DNA of 64,000 nt. It comes from Candidatus Latescibacterota bacterium (GTDB taxonomy: Bacteria > Latescibacterota > UBA2968 > SICM01). The notes under the pieces are model-generated. The model was not told the origin of the DNA and ran no database searches. It was given only the letters and a program-made list of their open reading frames with translations. Shown here in pieces: positions 58,167-64,000 of this stretch (its first letter is position 1; every line of letters begins with the position of its first letter). The stretch spans positions 1,728,001-1,792,000 of the forward strand of contig CBDCJO010000002.1 in NCBI GenBank assembly GCA_965217865.1. Reading direction: 5' to 3'. The position numbers and the translations under genes were made by a program.

Positions 58167-60496
58167 TCCTCCAATGTCTCGATTCTGCGTACAATTCCCT
58201 GATTGCGGCCTGGGCCTCCGGGCTTTCCGTCAATAACAGTTCCCGGCTCCAGCTCTACGGTAGGGTCGGTTCCAGTCTGTGCCTCCGCCTCTGAACCCTT
58301 CTGGGGGGGAGGTTTTCCCAAGAAATCTGGCGCGTCGAGGCGGTCAAAACACTCATATTCCAAACGCCTGCGCTGCCACAACCTCCTTCCCGTTTTGATG
58401 TTACCCGTTGCGACAATGACTTTCAGATCCTCCACCGTGTAGTAGCCCACGTCCTCAAGGCTATCAACGAGGCCAGCCCGCTGCAGGAACTTCTGCATCT
58501 CACGGAAGAGCAGCGATATTCTCCTTCCGGCTACCGTCGTCCAGGCTCGGTTGTTGAGAGCAGGACCCCAGAAGAGGGCCCAGTCATGGAGTCGCTCAAA
58601 GCGTTCCAGTTCCTCGGGCTGCTCGGCAAGTGTTTTACCCACCTCGGCTGCGACTGCCTCCCGTCGTCTTGTTGCCTCCTCGTTCGCCTCCACGATTCGT
58701 TGACCGCCCTTCAAAGCGCTTCTGATGAGCCTCAGAAAGAGCACCGTTTCCCACCCCTCATCGTAAGGGTCGATCTCGATGAACTGGCTTGGTTTCCACA
58801 ATCCGCGTCGTACGCAATGCTCATCGAGACCTGTGATGAACGATGATGGTGCGTCTCCTGCCCTGAGTGCCCTGATCCAACCGGACAAACTCAAGCCATC
58901 AAATCGCTCCCGCTCTGGCTCCAAGAGCTGGGCCATATTCTCAGCGTCCGTTACCAATACCTGGGGAAAGTAGGGTTCCAATGCAGCGTGATGACCCAGC
59001 ATCAGGTCGTTGACATCGACGTCCGGGAGATGCGTATCTACAAACTCTCGTAGCAGATTAAGGCACGTACCGAACATCCCTTGCGAAGGCCCTCCCGTGA
59101 TGGCGTACATCTCCCACATCTCTTCGCGTGCCCATAGTAGAGCGTCGATTGCATCGGCCAGTGTGTTCACTCCGGCCGCCAGTTGGATGGCTCTTTTCTC
59201 GGAGGCAGGGAACCTCGCGTAAATATCGTGGAGGTAGTCGGCTCTCATCTGCGGCTCGTACTCGATGAGATATTGCTCCCGCTGCGTTGCTGATACTCTC
59301 GGCCAGCGTTCGTCTTGGATGACGTAGCGATGCCCGTGGAAGTCCATTTCGGCTCCGGACCTCCGGTGCGTAGGCAGCTCAATCGTACCCAGTTGAAGGT
59401 AGCGGTTGAATTTTTCAGCTATCAGCGTGTCTCGGTAGAGGGGCGGCATCACCTTGCCTTTAATGGCGGAGAAAGGGAAATGCCAATGTGGGGCGGGGAG
59501 CCAGGTTCGGTCCGCCAGATGGGGCGGTAGGTGATGCGGAAAGAATGACGGCACGGCCGTGACCGGCCGCACTTGCACGATGTGGATGTCATCTCCCTCG
59601 ACAACCCATTCGATGTCAACTCGGGCACCGAAAGCACGATCAATTTGCAGGCCGACTTGCGCGATCCGTATCGCTATGCCGTCTCTAAGCGAGGGCTCCG
59701 CACGCCCTTCTGAAGGCACTTCGACGTTGTCAAGGCCTCCACTACCTGAAGGAACCAGAATTGTCTCTTTCTCGGCGATTTTTCGATCCACGATCTCACC
59801 CGTATCCCATTCGAACAGGTAACGATCCGCAGGCGATACGCCGGTTGAAGCGAACAGATCGCGAGCCAGACCTAACGATGATTCTAGCACGAATTGCCAA
59901 GGGTTACCTGTGAGAGGGTCCACAGTGAATAGGACGCCCGCACTATCCGCATTCACAAGCGTTTGCAGCAATACGGCCATCCCATCCACATCAATTGTGA
60001 CACCCATTTTGTGTGCGTAATCCACGGCCCGCGGCGACCAGCATCCACACCAGCAGCGTCGGATCGCTCTCCAGAGATCCTCCTCAGACCGAACCCCGAG
60101 AAAACTGTCGTACACGCCAGCAAAGCTCGCCGTTGCTGAATCCTCATGCACACCTGACGAGCGGACGGCCAAGCCGTAGGAAGCCTTGGCGAGTAGGTCT
60201 TCAGAGACCGCCGATACTGCATTCTCCACACTGGACGGGATGGGTGAGGTAAGCACTTGCTCGCATAGCGTCTTGTAGGCGCCAGTTCGCTGCTCACCTT
60301 CGCCGCCGTGGGTATCGATCACGCGTTGCGCGGTCTTGAGTAGGCCGCTTTCCTCAAGAAACAGACGCAAGGCTGTTCTTGTGATGATTGCCCCGGGGGG
60401 GACGGAGAGTCCTAGGTCTATGATTCTGCCAAGATTGGCAGATTTCGCCCCGGCGAGATCGGGGTCGACTTCCTTTTGAAGCTCAACCACAAGCAT
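58167..60496 (-). pseudogene. PEP-utilising enzyme (PPDK_N ATP-grasp plus central domain), His-swivel domain cut off by IS3
   Basis: GAKSANL, VPPG, AVRSSG..EDS..ASFAG, DIEW, VQVRPVT; ends at GRNQGIVRRI. Confidence 0.85.
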
Positions 60497-60551
60497 GCGA
60501 AGCCTCTATATCCTGGACAGCCGCCCTTGCCAATCCTAGGCGCGTGCTTTC

Positions 60552-60653
60552 TGCTAACGGTCGGCATCTGTGAACCCGCCCGGCTTTTTGGGCGGGTTGG
60601 GCGAAGCCCCAAGCGGAACGAAGTGGAGCGCAGCACAGATGCTCGTGTTAGGC
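60552..60653 (-). other. Integron attC recombination site
   Basis: Minus strand: GCCTAAC-acga-gcatctgtg ... cacagatgc-cgacc-GTTAGCA with internal hairpin aacccgccc/gggcgggtt; lies between co-oriented genes. Confidence 0.75.
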
Positions 60654-60737
60654 ATTGCTGGCGCGGCTACACTCAGGCGAAGCTTTCTCAGGGCCTACAT
60701 AAAGCGCACGCCATCACTGGTTTTTCTGCTTTCTTTT

Positions 60738-61328
60738 CTAACGAGTGCTCAGGAAAAATTGCAAGATCATGTCTATTCCATATTCTTCGATGTGCTGTGT
60801 CGATTCTTCATAGTGACCATTCGTATATTCTGAAATAATTTTACGCCAGAAGGCCTGGGCTGGTTTATGGCCCAACATTTGACGCACTTCCCATTTGCCA
60901 GAGAAGCGGTCGAAAAGATTGTAGGCCACCGTTTTCCCAACCCCTTTTCCTCGATATTTTCGAACGACGAAAAACTCTCCAACATCATAATCGACGTTGT
61001 GATCTTCATCGAATTGTTTGATCATCGCGAACCCCGCTACCTTACCATCTACTCGGATCATGAATGGATGACCCTGACAATTTCCCGGCCACCGCTTGAA
61101 GTGCAAATTGAATGGAATGATGATATTCTGTCGATTGCTAATCTCTTCCAATTTATCGGGCGTGCTTCCTGTCCACCAATATTCTGGAAGATCATCACAG
61201 CCTCCGAACAAGCCACTTTCAGGGCACTCCCAACCCATGATTTCAGACATGTCGTAGACATAGAAGTGGACGAGATTTTGCACGACAGGAAAATCATCTT
61301 CAGTTGCCTGTATCATTTCAATCTTCAT
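60738..61328 (-). CDS. GNAT-family N-acetyltransferase
   Basis: EFFVVRKYRGKGVG, GKWEV, AQAFWRKII. Confidence 0.9.
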   Translation of the reverse strand: MKIEMIQATEDDFPVVQNLVHFYVYDMSEIMGWECPESGLFGGCDDLPEYWWTGSTPDKLEEISNRQNIIIPFNLHFKRWPGNCQGHPFMIRVDGKVAGFAMIKQFDEDHNVDYDVGEFFVVRKYRGKGVGKTVAYNLFDRFSGKWEVRQMLGHKPAQAFWRKIISEYTNGHYEESTQHIEEYGIDMILQFFLSTR

Positions 61329-61632
61329 GATCGGTTTTGTCTTCGCCCCAAGTGAAAAATTCGGAAGTTGGGTTCGGTTTTCGTGCGCGATTTTGGTTTT
61401 CGGGGTTGTGGGTTCGCCTTTGCGCCAGTTTTGCTTAACTTACGGAATCCCCGAACCATTACGCAGATTCCACCATTGCGGCACATCTCCCGCACTTCGC
61501 AGATACCTACCCACGAAGAAGTAACCCGTATATGTTCGTAGATTCCTTGCTATAGGAGAAATCATTTTTTGGATGAACTCACCTTTGAGGGTCACATCAA
61601 GCTATCCAGGGGACTCTGAATCTTTGTCAAAT

Positions 61633-61665
61633 AAAAAAGACGCATACCTACCCCTTTCGGTATGC
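61633..61665 (-). terminator. Intrinsic terminator-like hairpin
   Basis: Minus strand gcatacc-loop-ggtatgc followed by gtc and T6. Confidence 0.5.
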
Positions 61666-61924
61666 CCCGATAGGGTAAGCAGGCGCCTGGGTAGACTGGT
61701 GAAGCGTTCTGCTGTTGTAGCTTATTGTTTTTTCTCAGGCCAGTCGATAAAAAATATATCTATTTCGTCATAATATCACAAGAAATAAATCTCACGGATG
61801 CCACGTTAGAATGTGACTAAGAGTTCTATTCACGGCTTATGGATTCGAGGGTTTAACATGGCTTCCTTGAGTGACGCATTGTCGGATTACCGATCTGACA
61901 GCAGGGCCAGGAGGGGACATGGGC

Positions 61925-63322
61925 TCATTCCGAAATACCGCATGCAACGTCCGTTAGACTATCGTAGTAGTGCACAAAAGTCATTCCGTCGATCACAATT
62001 CGATCGTTGAACGGTAGGTCCTCTGCCCACGTGAGTTCGGTGCCCCAGTTGTGCGGTGGGCGGTCTGATTTTGCCCACCTGTTCCCATTGTAGCGACGAA
62101 ACAACACAGTCCGACCAGCTTCGGTGACATATGCCTCGACCAAGACGTCACGTTCGGTGGTCTCCTTCTCAATGTTGAGTAGTCGGAAACAATCGAACCT
62201 TTTCTGGCCAATCGTCACCGCGAACCGGCCAGCTCCAAACAGATCTGGCACATTGTCGGCTCTTTCGAACGCTCCGCTCCCGAGCTCCCTCACATATCCG
62301 CGATCTTCGATACGGCGTGGTGCGCTGTCCCAGTCGTCGTTGAATCCCTCGTCAAGAAAGGTGGTGAGTTCGCGTGTCCCGTCGGCACGGATGGATTCTA
62401 CTGCGAGCCATTCGACCACGTCATCTGTGAGCCGACCCCACATTCTGGTTAGACAAGTCTTGTCCTTATTCGGGTTTCTGTCGTACGGGACGTCCGCATT
62501 GAGGAAACGCTGCTCGACTTCGATCTCCACCCCCTCCTGACCGTGAATGACGGCCTTGCGCCGGGCGCTCATCTCGACGGTCCCAGAAAGCTTCCACGGA
62601 GGCTGGCCACTCCCCGGAGGTTCGTATGACGCCCATCTCACCTCGTCGCCTACCTCGGGCAGGACGAACCACCAAGACATCTCTCGAAAATCCAGGTCAA
62701 AGGGATCCTCTCCAATCCGTTGGAACTTGACCTCGGGCATTTGCTCCGGAAACGGTTTTCTCGCATCCATGATAGCACTCCTTCGTTTTCTCTTGATGCC
62801 CAATACGGCTCTCACTCGGTCCCGACCGTGGGATAGGCGGCGCTTCACGGTGCCGGTGGGACACTGATGTCGCGCTGCGATTTCAGCGATGGTCAACCCG
62901 TCGAGGTAGAACGATTTCAGCGCCTTCCTCTCATGCTTTGAGACTTCCTCAAAAGCGTCTACCACCTCTTCAGCGGCCTCCCGCAGGTGCGTAGATGCCA
63001 ACCCGAACCTGTTGACCATGGGTTCGAGCAGCCTTGTTTCCACGAGGACCTCTCGCCGCTGCTTCGAACGGAGGTAGTCCCGACAACGGTTGCGGGCCAC
63101 TTGCAGAATCCAGGGACGGATTTTTCTCGGCGTTTCTCCGTGACGCAACCCGGTCCAGACATGCAGCAGCGTGACCTGCAACACGTCCTGAACGTACTCG
63201 CCAGACCCGATTCGGCCGTGAATCAATGCTGCCAGCGAGCGCTCGTGGCGTCTGATCAAGGCCAGGAAAGCTTCTTCGTCTCCGTCCCGTATTCGGCGGG
63301 CCAAAACTTCATCGGAATCCAA
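61925..63322 (-). CDS. ECF-type sigma-70 factor with a C-terminal extension of about 280 aa
   Basis: GDEEAF, DVLQ, WILQVARNRCRDYLR, GLTIAEIA..GTVKRRLSHGR. Confidence 0.9.
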   Translation of the reverse strand: MDSDEVLARRIRDGDEEAFLALIRRHERSLAALIHGRIGSGEYVQDVLQVTLLHVWTGLRHGETPRKIRPWILQVARNRCRDYLRSKQRREVLVETRLLEPMVNRFGLASTHLREAAEEVVDAFEEVSKHERKALKSFYLDGLTIAEIAARHQCPTGTVKRRLSHGRDRVRAVLGIKRKRRSAIMDARKPFPEQMPEVKFQRIGEDPFDLDFREMSWWFVLPEVGDEVRWASYEPPGSGQPPWKLSGTVEMSARRKAVIHGQEGVEIEVEQRFLNADVPYDRNPNKDKTCLTRMWGRLTDDVVEWLAVESIRADGTRELTTFLDEGFNDDWDSAPRRIEDRGYVRELGSGAFERADNVPDLFGAGRFAVTIGQKRFDCFRLLNIEKETTERDVLVEAYVTEAGRTVLFRRYNGNRWAKSDRPPHNWGTELTWAEDLPFNDRIVIDGMTFVHYYDSLTDVACGISE

Positions 63323-63372
63323 CTCTACGCCCCCCCTCTACCAATACAAGGCGGAGAATGAAACCAAAAGGT

Positions 63373-63499
63373 TCACAACGCCCGAATGAATGGCGGCATC
63401 TTTTTAAAGTAAAAGATCACACGGCAGAGGCCAAAACCTATCTTGAAATACAAGGTATGGGCAATTTGGTGAGGAATCAATGCCGTCGGATTGTTCGGA
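63373..63499 (-). other. Degenerate attC site
   Basis: Plus strand tcacaac-gcccgaatgaatggcggca ... tgccgtc-ggatt-gttcgga; about 10 nt of one arm appear to be missing. Confidence 0.45.
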
Positions 63500-63574
63500 C
63501 CATCTGGTTCGCAATCGCGATCACTTCCTTTTCCTACAGACTTCTCTGCTGCCTGTCGAAGGACCGAATACCCA

Positions 63575-64000
63575 TTATTCCTTCTCGGCTAAAAACTGCG
63601 CTCTGTCTATGGTGTACACATTCCTGTCTGTTTCGGGATAGTACCCCTCAAAAATCATACCGGCCTTTTCCATAATTCGAATAGACGCCTTGTTTTCGGG
63701 CATGGCACAGGCATGGATAGATTTTACTTCCAGCTTTTCGAAACCGAAATCAAGCGCGCCTTGTACAAACTCGCTCCCAATGCCCTTGCCCCAATACGCC
63801 TTGGCAAGCTGATATCCCAATTCCAAGGACTCGGGCTCTTCCTTGTCGTAGCGCCCCAACCCACCATAGCCGATAATCTCCATCTTCTCCTTGAAAACCA
63901 CCGTGCCGTGGGCTGCGCCGAACTTGCGAAAATGGTTGATATCCCCGCGTAGCCTTGCACTTACCCCATCGACGGGAATGGGCTTCCCGTCCCCCACGAA
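63575..64000 (-). CDS. RimJ/RimL-type GNAT acetyltransferase, 5' end outside the window
   Basis: IIGYGG, ELGY, YWGKGIG, NKASIRIMEKAG. Confidence 0.9.
   Translation of the reverse strand, partial: FVGDGKPIPVDGVSARLRGDINHFRKFGAAHGTVVFKEKMEIIGYGGLGRYDKEEPESLELGYQLAKAYWGKGIGSEFVQGALDFGFEKLEVKSIHACAMPENKASIRIMEKAGMIFEGYYPETDRNVYTIDRAQFLAEKE

Noticed and set aside
61675-61710. ZMP/ZTP riboswitch (cgcctggg, gactgg)
   Set aside because: The motifs are in the wrong order, on the strand opposite the genes, and lack P1/P2.
61330-61920. Third attC between the sigma and GNAT genes
   Set aside because: gttagaa at about 61805 has no matching inverse core or paired arms.

Overview
Bacterial DNA with three zones. 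(1) 1-24.9 kb is mostly intact coding sequence. Its core is a tightly coupled + strand operon: Gfo/Idh/MocA oxidoreductase, TonB-dependent receptor, chorismate lyase-like protein, PaaK-like aryl-CoA ligase, flavin-dependent halogenase-like enzyme, DUF3311 + sodium:solute symporter, GT4, small DMT-like protein, acyl-CoA thioesterase, LolD-like ATPase and double FtsX permease, with a convergent beta-propeller gene. It looks like an uncharacterised 4-hydroxybenzoate-derived, possibly halogenating pathway. Its gene junctions carry 6-7 nt tandem-repeat tracts and hairpins, one of which brackets a four-helix-bundle (IVS-type) gene. (2) 25-58 kb is a decayed mobile/defence patchwork (vsr, dcm, MobF relaxase, AIPR, DUF1156, SbcCD-like, ParDE, IS3/IS630/IS256/IS1182-like) with many microhomology-bounded deletions, in which three TonB-dependent receptors remain intact. 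(3) 58-64 kb is a minus-strand gene run (GNAT, ECF sigma with C-terminal extension, GNAT, PEP-utilising enzyme) separated by one good and one degenerate attC site, i.e. integron-cassette-like, with no integrase in the window. No rRNA, tRNA or CRISPR array was seen. All family calls are from motif recognition by eye; no searches were run.
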